Source of the DNA: Planctomycetota bacterium
GTDB taxonomy: Bacteria > Planctomycetota > SZUA-567 > H5-PLA8
Direction of reading: 5' to 3'
DNA length: 22,095 nt
Assembly (NCBI GenBank): GCA_045863855.1
Contig: BTVV01000103.1
Span: 1-22,095 of the forward strand
Positions within the stretch are counted from its first letter, which is position 1, and every line of letters starts with the position of its first letter. Both the position numbers and the translations under genes were made by a program. The notes beneath the pieces are model-generated. The model did no database searches and was not told the DNA's origin. It saw only the letters and a list, made by a program, of their open reading frames with translations. Positions 1-8,866 of this stretch are shown one piece after another.

Positions 1-1233
1 GGGCGCGCCCGAACATTGCTCCAGGCGTTTGACGTACGCTTGCGCAGAGGCCGGAAGCTCCGAGAAACGCCGGCACGCGTCCAGCGTCTCGCTCCAGCCG
101 GGCATCGTCTCGTACACCGGCTGCGCGCGTTCCACGAGCGACAGATCCGCCGGAAAACGTTCGAGCTTCCGGCCGTCCACCGTGTAATGCGTGCAGATTT
201 TCAGCTCACGCTCGCCGGTCAGCACGTCCAGCTTCGTCAGCGCCAGCGCGTCCACGCCGGAAACTTCAACCGCGTAGCGCACGGCCACCGCGTCGAACCA
301 GCCGCAGCGCCGCGGGCGGCCCGTGGTCGTTCCGAACTCGCCCCCGCGCTGCCGCAGCGCTTCGCCCTGCGCGTCCAGCAGTTCGGTGGGGAACGGTCCG
401 GCGCCCACGCGCGTCGTGTACGCCTTCACCACGCCCAGCGCCGTCTCGATCCGCTTCGGCGAAACGCCGCTGCCCGTCGCCGCGCCGCCCGCCGTCGAGT
501 TGCTGCTCGTCACATAAGGATACGTGCCGTGGTCGATGTCCAGCAGCGTCCCCTGCGCGCCTTCGAACAGGAGCCGCTTCTTGGCGTCCAGCGCCGCGTT
601 GAGGTACTGCGCCGTATCGGCGATGCACGGCTTGAGCCGCTCGGCGCTGGCCAGCACCTCGTCCGCCACGGCCTTCGGATCGAGCGGCTTTTCGCCGTAG
701 ACGTGCTGCAAGACCGCGTTCAATTCGTCCAGCCGCGCGGACACGCGCTCGCGCAGGAACTCCGGATTCAGCAAGTCCGAGACACGGATGCCCGAGCGCG
801 CGATCTTGTCCACGTACGCCGGACCGATCCCGCGTCCCGTCGTCCCGATCTTCTTCCCGCTCGCTTCCTTGCGCTTTTCGGAAAGCTGGTCGACGAGCTT
901 GTGGTACGGCATCACGATCTGCGCGCGGTCGGAGAGCTTCAGGTTGCTCCCGTCCACCTTCACGCCGCGCTGATGCAGCGCGTCGATCTCCTTCAGCAAC
1001 TGCGCCGGATCCACCACGCAGCCGTTGGCGATGACGCAGACCTTGTTTTCGTGCAGGATGCCCGACGGGACCAAGTGGAACGCATAGCGTTCCTTACCGA
1101 CGTACACGGTGTGGCCCGCGTTGGCGCCGCCTTGAAAACGCACGACGATATCGATTTCGTCGCACAGCGCGTCGAGGACCTTTGCCTTGCCCTCGTCGCC
1201 CCACTGCATGCCCACGATGACCATAGCCGGCAT
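1..1233 (-). CDS. purA: Adenylosuccinate synthetase (3' end beyond window edge)
   Basis: Manual translation from ATG at 1233: MPAMVIVGMQWGDEGKAKVLD...RFQGGANAGHTV...TGRGIGPAYVDK...FEGAQGTLLDIDHGTYPYVTSS...KAYTTRVGAGPFPTE...GEFGTTTGRPRRCGWFDAV. GGAGG SD upstream. No stop in the window, so it is missing from the ORF track. Confidence 0.97.
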   Translation of the reverse strand, partial: MPAMVIVGMQWGDEGKAKVLDALCDEIDIVVRFQGGANAGHTVYVGKERYAFHLVPSGILHENKVCVIANGCVVDPAQLLKEIDALHQRGVKVDGSNLKLSDRAQIVMPYHKLVDQLSEKRKEASGKKIGTTGRGIGPAYVDKIARSGIRVSDLLNPEFLRERVSARLDELNAVLQHVYGEKPLDPKAVADEVLASAERLKPCIADTAQYLNAALDAKKRLLFEGAQGTLLDIDHGTYPYVTSSNSTAGGAATGSGVSPKRIETALGVVKAYTTRVGAGPFPTELLDAQGEALRQRGGEFGTTTGRPRRCGWFDAVAVRYAVEVSGVDALALTKLDVLTGERELKICTHYTVDGRKLERFPADLSLVERAQPVYETMPGWSETLDACRRFSELPASAQAYVKRLEQCSGAP

Positions 1234-1355
1234 GGTCGCCTCCCTTCGCGGGCGGCGCTTGGCTGGAGCCGCCCGTTGGGCGGCCCCCTTCTTGGGAAGG
1301 CCGGAGCCGGCCGCCTTCTGGAGGGCCCCCACGAGCGCCCTGCCGATCCGCGGCC

Positions 1356-1392
1356 AAAAAAAAAACGGCCGACGCCACCTGGCGAGGCCGTT
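1356..1392 (-). terminator. Terminator-like hairpin plus U10 tract in the purA upstream region
   Basis: Minus strand reads AACGGCCTCGCCAGGTGGCGTCGGCCG followed by ten T (A-run at 1356-1365 on +). Confidence 0.55.
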
Positions 1393-1397
1393 GAACA

Positions 1398-1425
1398 AGT
1401 ATGGCGGCGACGGCCCGCGAGTCAA
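1398..1425 (-). promoter_or_regulatory. Putative sigma-70 promoter for purA
   Basis: Minus strand TTGACT-N16-CATACT. Confidence 0.55.
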
Positions 1426-1533
1426 GTCCAATCCACGCCGCATCCGCGCCTTCGCTCACGCCACGCTTCGACTGGCGCCCCCGCGCGCCAAGGGTAGATT
1501 AAGCGCCCCAACCCAACGACGAGGGCGCCCAAC

Positions 1534-2613
1534 GTGAAGCTCGAACTCCGCCAGAACTGCGCAACCGCTCTGCTGGTCCCCACCAGCATGGGCATCCGCA
1601 TCACGCCCGCGCACGGACAGCCCGTGCACTGCAGCGATACGTTCGTGATGCAGGCAACCAGCGCCGAATCGAACGTCGCGAGCATCCCCGCGTACTTGGG
1701 CCTCCCGGTCAAGATCCTGACCACGTTCGTGAAAGACAGCCCCATCGCGCGCATCATTAAGGACAATCTCGCCAGCCGCCACATCGCCTACGAAGGCAAA
1801 GACGTCGACCAAGGCGGACCGTGGGGCTTCCGGCACCAGATCAACATCGCCGACAGCGGCTTCGGCGCACGCGGCCCGCGCGTCTGGAACGACCGCGCCG
1901 GCGAAGTCGGCCGCACGCTGAACGTGAAAGACTTCGACCTCGAACGCATCTTCGGCAAGGAAGGCGTTCAGATCGTCCACCTTTCCGGCCTCGTCGGCGC
2001 CCTCTCGCCCGAGACCGGCACCTTCTGCCTCGAACTGGCCCGCGCCGCGAAGAAGCACGGGACGCGAATCAGCTTCGACCTCAATTACCGCGCCTCGTTC
2101 TGGAAGAACCGCGAAAAAGAGCTGCGCGCGATCTTCGCCGAGATCGCCGGCGTCGCGGACATCCTCATCGGCAACGAAGAAGACTTCCAACTCTGCCTGG
2201 GCATCCAGGGCCCCGAGGCCGGAGGCAAGGGCATCGCCGCCGAAATCGAGAGCTTCAAAGGCATGATCGACCGCGTGAAGAAGGCGTATCCCGGCGCGTG
2301 CGCCTTCGCCACCACCTTGCGCGAAGTGGAACACACCAATCTGCATCACTGGGGCGCCATCACCCGCGTGGGGGACGAATGGCACGTCGTCGAACCGCGC
2401 GAGATCCCGGTCCTCGACCGCATCGGCGGCGGCGACGGCTTCGTCGGCGGATTCCTCTACGGCATCCTGAAGGGCTGGCCGTCCGAGAAGTGGATTCAGT
2501 TCGGCTGGGCCAGCGGCGCGCTCGCGACGACCTTCCTCACCGATTACGCGCAGCCGGCGGATGAAGAGATGGTCTGGAGCGTCTGGTCGGGCAACGCGCG
2601 CGTGAAGCGCTGA
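1534..2613 (+). CDS. PfkB-family carbohydrate kinase (KdgK-like)
   Basis: C-terminal PfkB signature DRIGGGDGFVGG; ISFDLNYR and GNEEDF motifs typical of the KDG-kinase branch; GTG start. Confidence 0.88.
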   Translation: MKLELRQNCATALLVPTSMGIRITPAHGQPVHCSDTFVMQATSAESNVASIPAYLGLPVKILTTFVKDSPIARIIKDNLASRHIAYEGKDVDQGGPWGFRHQINIADSGFGARGPRVWNDRAGEVGRTLNVKDFDLERIFGKEGVQIVHLSGLVGALSPETGTFCLELARAAKKHGTRISFDLNYRASFWKNREKELRAIFAEIAGVADILIGNEEDFQLCLGIQGPEAGGKGIAAEIESFKGMIDRVKKAYPGACAFATTLREVEHTNLHHWGAITRVGDEWHVVEPREIPVLDRIGGGDGFVGGFLYGILKGWPSEKWIQFGWASGALATTFLTDYAQPADEEMVWSVWSGNARVKR

Positions 2614-2628
2614 GACCTATTTTCTTAA

Positions 2629-2649
2629 GCCGAAGTGGTTCGGCGTTTT
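2629..2649 (+). terminator. Putative intrinsic terminator after the kinase gene
   Basis: GCCGAA-gtgg-TTCGGC followed by GTTTT, between convergent genes. Confidence 0.45.
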
Positions 2650-2699
2650 GCGTTGGGCCTTGATTGGGTTCTTCGCATTTGCCGTTTGAAGTTCTTAGC

Positions 2700-3167
2700 C
2701 TACCCTTCCCCCATCGCCTTCAACACCTGCTCCGGGTGCGATTCCGCCTTCGGCACCTTGCGCCAGTGCTTCTTAACTTTCCCGTCCGCGCCCACCCACA
2801 CCGTGCTTCGGATCACTCCGATCTTCTTCTGACCGTACATCATCTTCTCGCCCCACGCGCCGTACTCGGCCATCATCTTCTTGTCCGGATCGCTCAACAG
2901 CGTGAAGGGCAGCTTGAACTTCTTGATGAACTTCTGGTGGCTCGCCGCGTCGTCGGGCGAAACGCCCAGCACGGCCACGCCCTTCTTCTTTAACGCCGCC
3001 CAATGGTCGCGGAATCCGCACGCTTCCTTCGTGCAGCCGGGCGTATCGTCCTTCGGGTAGAAGTAGACGATCACGTCCTTGCCCTTGAATGCCTTCAAAC
3101 TCACCGGCTTGCCGTCCTGATCAGGCAGCGTGAACGCCGGAGCCGCCTTCCCCTCTTCGATCGCCAT
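2700..3167 (-). CDS. bcp: Thioredoxin-dependent thiol peroxidase (Bcp/PrxQ)
   Basis: MAIEEGKAAPAFTLPDQDG...YFYPKDDTPGCTKEACGFRD. Only the last 155 aa of the 2700..4151 track ORF are real; the rest overlaps hisG out of frame. Confidence 0.95.
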   Translation of the reverse strand: MAIEEGKAAPAFTLPDQDGKPVSLKAFKGKDVIVYFYPKDDTPGCTKEACGFRDHWAALKKKGVAVLGVSPDDAASHQKFIKKFKLPFTLLSDPDKKMMAEYGAWGEKMMYGQKKIGVIRSTVWVGADGKVKKHWRKVPKAESHPEQVLKAMGEG

Positions 3168-3229
3168 GCCTTGCCCTTTCAACCCTTGGTCCTGATTTTC
3201 TCTGCGTTCTTCGCGAAATCCGCGGTGAG

Positions 3230-4120
3230 TTAAAGCCTGCAATTCAAGATCTGCGTCTCCAGGATCGCGCTCGCCCCCAGCGCTTCCAACTGGTCGATGA
3301 TCTCCACGCTCTTCTTCTTCGGGATCATCACCTTCACCGCGCACCACTTGGGGTCTTCCAGGTCGCTCACCGTCGGCGACTCGAAGCCCGGCGCGATCTT
3401 CTCCGCGCCCTTCAGCCGCACGCGCGGAATGTTGTATTCCAGCAGCGTGTACTGCTGCGCCGTCAGCACGCCTTTCAATCGTCGCTGCACGAGGCCGCTC
3501 AGCGCCGCGTCGCGCGGCTGTTTCGAGCCGATCAGCACCGCCTGCGAATGCGAGATCGTCTCGATCACGCTCAAACCGTTGTCGCGCAGCGTATCGCCGC
3601 TCTCCACCAGATCCACGATCGCGTCGGCCAGCCCCAGCGCCACCATCACCTCGACGCTCCCGCTTACCTCGACCAGATCGACGCGGACCTTGTGCTTCTT
3701 GAAGAACGAGCGCGCGGATTGCGGCATCGAACAGACGAGCTTCTTGCCCGCCAGATCCTTCACCTTCTTGATCCGGCTGCGGTCCGGAGCGGCCACGCAG
3801 AGCCGGCAGTGTCCGAAATCCAGATCCAGCAGCTTCTCGACGCGCTTCTCGCAGCCGTGCTCGTAAACGAGATCCTGTCCGACGATGCCCAAGTCCGCCG
3901 CGCCTTCGGCCACCAGCACCGGAATATCGTCGGGGCGCACGAAAAGAATCGCGAGGTCCAGGCTCGTGGCGTGCGCGAAGAGGCTGCGGTCGCGGCGGCG
4001 GTACTTGATCCCGGCGGCCTTGATCAGGCTCTCCGCGGGTTCCTGCAGCCGGCCCTTGCTGGGCACGGCCAGGCGCATCACGTTCGGTTCGAGGTGCACG
4101 TTCGGGCACTCCTGGGACAA
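3230..4120 (-). CDS. hisG: ATP phosphoribosyltransferase, long form (start uncertain, possibly a few codons later)
   Basis: MRLAVPSKGRL, VRPDDIP, DLGIVGQD, DLDFGHCRL, SGSVE...GLADAIVDLVESGDTLRDNGL, plus C-terminal regulatory domain (PGFESPTVS...LEALGASAIL). Confidence 0.95.
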   Translation of the reverse strand: MSQECPNVHLEPNVMRLAVPSKGRLQEPAESLIKAAGIKYRRRDRSLFAHATSLDLAILFVRPDDIPVLVAEGAADLGIVGQDLVYEHGCEKRVEKLLDLDFGHCRLCVAAPDRSRIKKVKDLAGKKLVCSMPQSARSFFKKHKVRVDLVEVSGSVEVMVALGLADAIVDLVESGDTLRDNGLSVIETISHSQAVLIGSKQPRDAALSGLVQRRLKGVLTAQQYTLLEYNIPRVRLKGAEKIAPGFESPTVSDLEDPKWCAVKVMIPKKKSVEIIDQLEALGASAILETQILNCRL

Positions 4121-4140
4121 TCGCGCTTCGGCAGGCTGGC

Positions 4141-4170
4141 GTTATACCCACCCGCCGATGCGCTTTCCAA
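4141..4170 (-). promoter_or_regulatory. Possible sigma-70 promoter for hisG-bcp
   Basis: Minus strand TTGGAA-N18-TATAAC. Confidence 0.35.
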
Positions 4171-4246
4171 TCGCTTGCGGCGGCTCGTGCGCGCGCACGA
4201 AAATCGAGTACCTTGAAGGCGTTCCGTAACGTCTGCGAGACTTGCC

Positions 4247-5128
4247 ATGCTGATGTTTCACGACGCTCAAGGCCGCCCCCTGCGCATCGAGTTCCGCCAC
4301 AGCGAGCGCATGCCGTTCATGGCCGGCGAGACCAACCAGCCGCACCACCATCGCACCAACAAAGAACAGCACGTCATCTACTATCATTCCGGCTGCGGGC
4401 GCATTCTCGTCCGCGACGACTGGTACGAGGTTTCGCCCGGCGAACTGTACCTCGTCGATGCCGAATCCCTGCACAGCTTCTCCGCCGCGCGGCGCGATCC
4501 GCACACGTACCTCGAAGCGACCTTTATCCTCCACCCGCACCGCCCGCTGACGGGCCTGATCGCCGAGCTCTCCGGCGCGCCCTGGCGCGACCCGCTTAAA
4601 CTCGACGCCCGCGGCCGCGAACTCATCGAAGGCGCGCTGGACGTCCTGCGCAGCGAGGCGCGGGAGGCCCTCGACCGCCAGAGCCCGATCGTGCAACTGC
4701 GCCTGTGGGAATTGCTGATCACTCTCGCGCAACTGCATCGCGAACACGCCGAACGCTTAACCGGTGCCGGCGGCGCGGCGGGCGCGCCCCCCAGCGGCCA
4801 GCGCCTCGTCGATCTCGTGCATATCTATCTGCGTAAAAATTTTCGCCGCCCGCTCGCGATGGAAGAACTCGCCGCCTACCTCCAGCGCAGCCCCTCCACC
4901 GTCGCGCACACCTACAAGAAGCACTCGCGCCGCAGCATCGGCGAAGAACTCCGCCTCATCCGCCTCACCCGCGCGAAGGAACTCCTGCGCAACAGCGACT
5001 ATCCGATCGGGCGCATCGCCGAACTCTGCGGCTTCGGAGACGCCGCGCATTTCTCGCGCAGCTTCAAGGCCGCCGAACGCCAGACGCCCAAAGAATACCG
5101 CGCCCAGGTCCTCGCCGAACCCAAGTAG
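4247..5128 (+). CDS. AraC-family transcriptional regulator with N-terminal cupin domain
   Basis: Cupin-like HHHR...GEL...H motif; C-terminal AraC HTH signature IAELCGFGDAAHFSRSFK...TPKEYR. Confidence 0.92.
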   Translation: MLMFHDAQGRPLRIEFRHSERMPFMAGETNQPHHHRTNKEQHVIYYHSGCGRILVRDDWYEVSPGELYLVDAESLHSFSAARRDPHTYLEATFILHPHRPLTGLIAELSGAPWRDPLKLDARGRELIEGALDVLRSEAREALDRQSPIVQLRLWELLITLAQLHREHAERLTGAGGAAGAPPSGQRLVDLVHIYLRKNFRRPLAMEELAAYLQRSPSTVAHTYKKHSRRSIGEELRLIRLTRAKELLRNSDYPIGRIAELCGFGDAAHFSRSFKAAERQTPKEYRAQVLAEPK

Positions 5129-5137
5129 AGCTTCCCG

Positions 5138-7693
5138 CTACTTCGGCGCCACCACCACCGCGAGGTCCCGCGCGAAAGGCGGAGCTTTCAGCACCAGCGG
5201 TCCGGCCGCTTGCCCGGGATCGGGCGCGGCAACTTCCAGCGCCTCCGGCGCGCGCGCCGTGCCGGCCCACGTCTCGATCCAGGTGACCGTATACGCGCCC
5301 GGTTCCAGCGCGGGGAGGCGCACGGTCAGGTCGTCGATCGCCGGCGGATCGGCTTCGCGCCGCTCCAGTTTCGCCGCCCACGTGCTGCGGCGGTCCTGAA
5401 TCCAAACGCACAGGCCCCGCGCGCCAACCCAGCCGCGCACGCTCACCGCCGCCTGCGCTTCCTGCGCGTTGCTCAACGTCCGCAGCGTCCCGGGATCCTC
5501 CCGCGTCGCAAGGTCCTCGATCGCCGCCGCGAACAGCGCCGGGCCGCGCAGCAGCGGCCACAGCTCGTGCCGTTCGACGTGCCGGTCCCACCACCACAGC
5601 ATCGGCGTACCGGCCAGTCCCGCGGACAGGCCTCCCATCAGCGAATTGTGAAACAGAATGCCGCCGCGGTCGCGCAGGTTCCGCTCGGCCGATCGCGCTT
5701 CGTCGCTCGCGCGCATCAGGTCCACATCCGCGATCCCGCGGTAACCGAATTCCCCCACCAGATACGGCCGCCGCGGCCGTCCGACTTCCCGCGACGCGCG
5801 CGCCCAGGACATCAGCAGCGCCGCTTCGTCGAAGGCCAGATCGTCCCGCGCGTCGGCCGCCTCGGGCACGTACCCGTGCACCTGCACGAAGCTCAGTCCC
5901 GGCGCGTCCTCCAATCCCAGCCACGCGTCGGCAGGCTCCAGCGCCGTGCTCACCGTGACCGGATGCGCATGCACGTCCAGCGCCTCCAGGTGCTGCGCCA
6001 TCGTCCCGCACCAGGCGACCGCCTCGCGCCGGAAGCGCCGCGCACGGTCGGCGTCCACCGGAGGCACGCCGGGATCGTCCGGATCGGCCTTCAACGCCGG
6101 CCACGCTTCGTCGATCTCGTTGAGCAGTTCCCAAGCCCACAGCGAACGGTACGCGCCGTAGCGCGCGGCGAGATAACTCAGCCGCCGCTTGAAGCAGCGG
6201 ACCGCCTCCGTGTCGCTGAAGAACTGCGGCGCAGAAACCAGCGGGCCGCCGTGCTCGCGGAAATACGGATGCTCCTTCGAACTCATCGTCAAGTCGTGGG
6301 CGTTCTCCGCGACCAGGATGATGCGAATGTCGCGCGCTTGCGCGGCCAGGAAGATCTCGTCCAGCGCCTGCGCCGCGTCCGGATCGAAGCGCCCAGCCTG
6401 CGGCCCTTCCAGCGGCAGGCCCCAGTGGCTCAGCCAGACCCGCGTCGCGTTTCCGCCGTGGCGCGCCAGTTCCACGAAGCGCCGCCGCATGCTCGACGAA
6501 TCGCGGGCTCGTTCGGGCCAGGCGAGGTTCAAACCCACCGGCATCCAGACGCGCCCGTCGTCGAAACGAAATACGCGCTCGCCCGGACGCACGCGCACGA
6601 AGCCCCGGCTCGCCGGCGGGCCGGCGCGCAGGGCCTGAGCCGGACCGCGCACCATCCCCGTCGGCGCGACGACCACGATCCGCACGCCGTAGTCGCCCGC
6701 CTTCGGCGGCGCGAACCGAAAGCGGAACTCGCCCTCCGCCGGCGCGTCGGTCGGCGCTTCCCAGTAGAAGCATGGCAGCCGCAACACCGGCGGCACCACG
6801 CCTTCCGCCGCCGGCACCGCCACTTCGGCCATCACCGTCAGTTCGTCGAAGCTGCTCGGATCCAGCCCGTTCGCGTAGACGCGCACCGCGCCCTCCAGAA
6901 AGTCGCCCGCCGGCGTCTGCAGCTTGTCGAGAGCCAGAGGCGAGAGCAGCGGCGCGCGGCCGTCGCGGTCGATCCCCACGAACAGGTCGAAGCCGCCGGG
7001 CTGGTCCACGCGCCGCGGATCGGGGCGCAGCGCTTGGGTCAGCAGCCGCCCGCCGTCGAGCTTGCGCAACATCCACTCCGCCGGCCCCGAGCGCGCCAGG
7101 TCGACCCGCCGATTGGCTTTATCACGAAAGGACAAGGCCCGCGCCGGGAACGGCCGGCCGTTTTCTTCGGGCAAATCGTCGTCGGGATCGGGTACGTCCA
7201 CCGATCCGGTGGAATTGAGCGCGAACAGGCGCAGCTTCCCGGCATCCTTCTCGTCGCGCAGTTCGAGCGCCAGTTCCAAGTTCAAGTCCGCGCGCTCGGG
7301 CGGCGGAGCGCCATCGGCCGCCTCAACCGCGCCGGGCCGCACCAGCAGGTGCAGTCCCTTTTCCAGACGCTGCACGCTCACCAGAGCCGCGGCCGTGCGC
7401 CCTTGGGGCAGCTTCCACTCGAGCGTGCGCAACACCTCCGCGCCTTGGGCCAGCGGAGCCGTCTGCCGCCACCCTTCGCCCGAAAGCGCCACGCCGTCCG
7501 TCGATCGCGCGCGCAACTGCAGCGCCGCGAGCACCCGCGGTCCGTGGCTCAGGATCAGCCGCGCGTCGGGCTCCTGGATGCGGATTTCGAGAGCTTCGAG
7601 GGCGGGCGCGTCCGCGGCCCGCAGAACCGGCGCGCTAGCGGCCAGCAGCACTGCGGCCAGCGCCAGATGCGGGATGCCGCCGCGGTGGATCAG
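5138..7693 (-). CDS. Secreted clan GH-A (GH5-like) glycoside hydrolase with DUF5060-like domain; start uncertain (CTG 7693 or GTG 7651)
   Basis: Signal-like HLALAAVLLAASAPVLRA; FRFRFAPPKAGDY (DUF5060-like); FRFDDGRVWMPVGLN, NATRVWL, WELLNEID (acid/base Glu), LVGEFG (nucleophile). The upstream part of the track ORF (to 8236) overlaps the neighbouring gene and is probably not translated. Confidence 0.75.
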   Translation of the reverse strand: MIHRGGIPHLALAAVLLAASAPVLRAADAPALEALEIRIQEPDARLILSHGPRVLAALQLRARSTDGVALSGEGWRQTAPLAQGAEVLRTLEWKLPQGRTAAALVSVQRLEKGLHLLVRPGAVEAADGAPPPERADLNLELALELRDEKDAGKLRLFALNSTGSVDVPDPDDDLPEENGRPFPARALSFRDKANRRVDLARSGPAEWMLRKLDGGRLLTQALRPDPRRVDQPGGFDLFVGIDRDGRAPLLSPLALDKLQTPAGDFLEGAVRVYANGLDPSSFDELTVMAEVAVPAAEGVVPPVLRLPCFYWEAPTDAPAEGEFRFRFAPPKAGDYGVRIVVVAPTGMVRGPAQALRAGPPASRGFVRVRPGERVFRFDDGRVWMPVGLNLAWPERARDSSSMRRRFVELARHGGNATRVWLSHWGLPLEGPQAGRFDPDAAQALDEIFLAAQARDIRIILVAENAHDLTMSSKEHPYFREHGGPLVSAPQFFSDTEAVRCFKRRLSYLAARYGAYRSLWAWELLNEIDEAWPALKADPDDPGVPPVDADRARRFRREAVAWCGTMAQHLEALDVHAHPVTVSTALEPADAWLGLEDAPGLSFVQVHGYVPEAADARDDLAFDEAALLMSWARASREVGRPRRPYLVGEFGYRGIADVDLMRASDEARSAERNLRDRGGILFHNSLMGGLSAGLAGTPMLWWWDRHVERHELWPLLRGPALFAAAIEDLATREDPGTLRTLSNAQEAQAAVSVRGWVGARGLCVWIQDRRSTWAAKLERREADPPAIDDLTVRLPALEPGAYTVTWIETWAGTARAPEALEVAAPDPGQAAGPLVLKAPPFARDLAVVVAPK

Positions 7694-8694
7694 GGGGTCT
7701 TCCCGGCGGGTGCGCCGCGGGCGGACAGGCGCGGAATGCGGATCTTCTGGGCGTCCACCTTTAACTGGTCGAACTCCCCTTCGGATCGCGTCGAGGGCAC
7801 TTTGAACTCGCCGATGTGCTTCGAACGGATCTCGATCTCGTTCTCGTCGTCGCCGCTTTTGATCAGGAACGGATCGCCCCACCCGTCCACCAGCGCCAAG
7901 TCGCTGCGCAGCCGGGCCAGCGCCTGAACGGTCGCCGGCGTCACCGCCTCCCGGCTCTGCTTTTCCTGCTCGGCCAGCTTTTCCAGTTCCGCCTGATCCG
8001 CCGCGATCTGCTCCAGCAGCCGGGCCTTGAACAACTCCGGAGATACCGGTTCGTCTTCCTCGAACGGCTTCATGCGCCGCGCCGCTGCGTCGTAGCGCGC
8101 CAACCGGTTGTTCGTCTCCATCGCGGCTACGCGCGGATCGAGCGTCTCGACGTTGGAACGCCAATACATCACCCCGCCGATCACGCACGCCGCCACCACC
8201 AGTCCCACGATGCCCAGCACTACCTTCTTGCGCCACTTCTCCCCCGTCTCGTCGACGTGGAGCGCGACGTTCAGATTCATCTTGCCGCCGGCTTTGCGCT
8301 TGGCTTCCTCGCGCGCGTGCGCCTTCTCGGCGCGCTCGGCCAGCTTGTCGAGCCCCTTGACCATTTCAGACGGCTTGATATCGGAAAGGCCCAGCGCTTT
8401 GCGGTGTTCGCCCACCGCGTTGCCGGAAACCGAACGCTGCCGCCCGCTCGAACGCCCCGGCGTGTTGCGCGTGCGGCCGCTGGGGCTCGCCGCGTCGGAA
8501 GGCCGCTTGGGCAGGATCCGCGTTTCGCCCGTGGCTTCGGCGGGCTGGGCCGCGGAGTCGGCCGGCGGCTTGGCGGCAGGCGCGGGCGAAGCCGGTTTTG
8601 GCGCCGGGCCGCGGGCCGAAGAACCCGCCGGTGTAGTTCCCGCCGCGGGCTTGCGCCCCGGCGTCCCCGGATTGCCTTGCGGTGCTGTCGCCAT
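7690..8694 (-). CDS. Hypothetical single-pass membrane protein
   Basis: Pro/Ala-rich N-terminus, one TM (VVLGIVGLVVAACVIGGVMYW) after a basic patch, helical C-domain with DGWGDPF motif; purine-rich SD-like sequence upstream of the ATG. Confidence 0.8.
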   Translation of the reverse strand: MATAPQGNPGTPGRKPAAGTTPAGSSARGPAPKPASPAPAAKPPADSAAQPAEATGETRILPKRPSDAASPSGRTRNTPGRSSGRQRSVSGNAVGEHRKALGLSDIKPSEMVKGLDKLAERAEKAHAREEAKRKAGGKMNLNVALHVDETGEKWRKKVVLGIVGLVVAACVIGGVMYWRSNVETLDPRVAAMETNNRLARYDAAARRMKPFEEDEPVSPELFKARLLEQIAADQAELEKLAEQEKQSREAVTPATVQALARLRSDLALVDGWGDPFLIKSGDDENEIEIRSKHIGEFKVPSTRSEGEFDQLKVDAQKIRIPRLSARGAPAGKTP

Positions 8695-8780
8695 GCCCTT
8701 CGCCCCCTACGGTCAATCGGCAGGGAGTATACCGCACCCGCCCCCGCGTTGCATCCGCCGGGAAGGCCGCTCTCAAAATG

Positions 8781-8799
8781 AAAAAACGCCCCCTGGGCG
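8781..8799 (-). terminator. Putative intrinsic terminator after the Clp ATPase gene
   Basis: Minus strand CGCCC-agg-GGGCG-TTTTTT. Confidence 0.45.
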
Positions 8800-8866
8800 C
8801 GGCCGGCGAACCGGAGCCCTATCCAAGTGAGATTCAGGGTGTGGGTCGGGGGGCGAAACTGAGAAA

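Noticed and set aside
1180..1200. PurA P-loop reads GDEGKAK instead of GDEGKGK
   Set aside because: I recall this as a natural variant in other bacterial PurA proteins, and the rest of the protein is canonical.
16..1497. 493-aa plus-strand ORF
   Set aside because: Antisense shadow of purA, with Arg/Gln/His-rich composition and no motifs.
2700..4151. Apparent 483-aa protein ending in a Bcp domain
   Set aside because: The N-terminal 328 aa are an alternative frame of hisG, open by chance in GC-rich DNA. Bcp starts at 3167.
5064..8236. Long overlapping ORFs (5064..7076, 5210..7927) and the extension of the GH ORF to 8236
   Set aside because: Stop-poor alternative or antisense frames typical of high GC, with no domain motifs.
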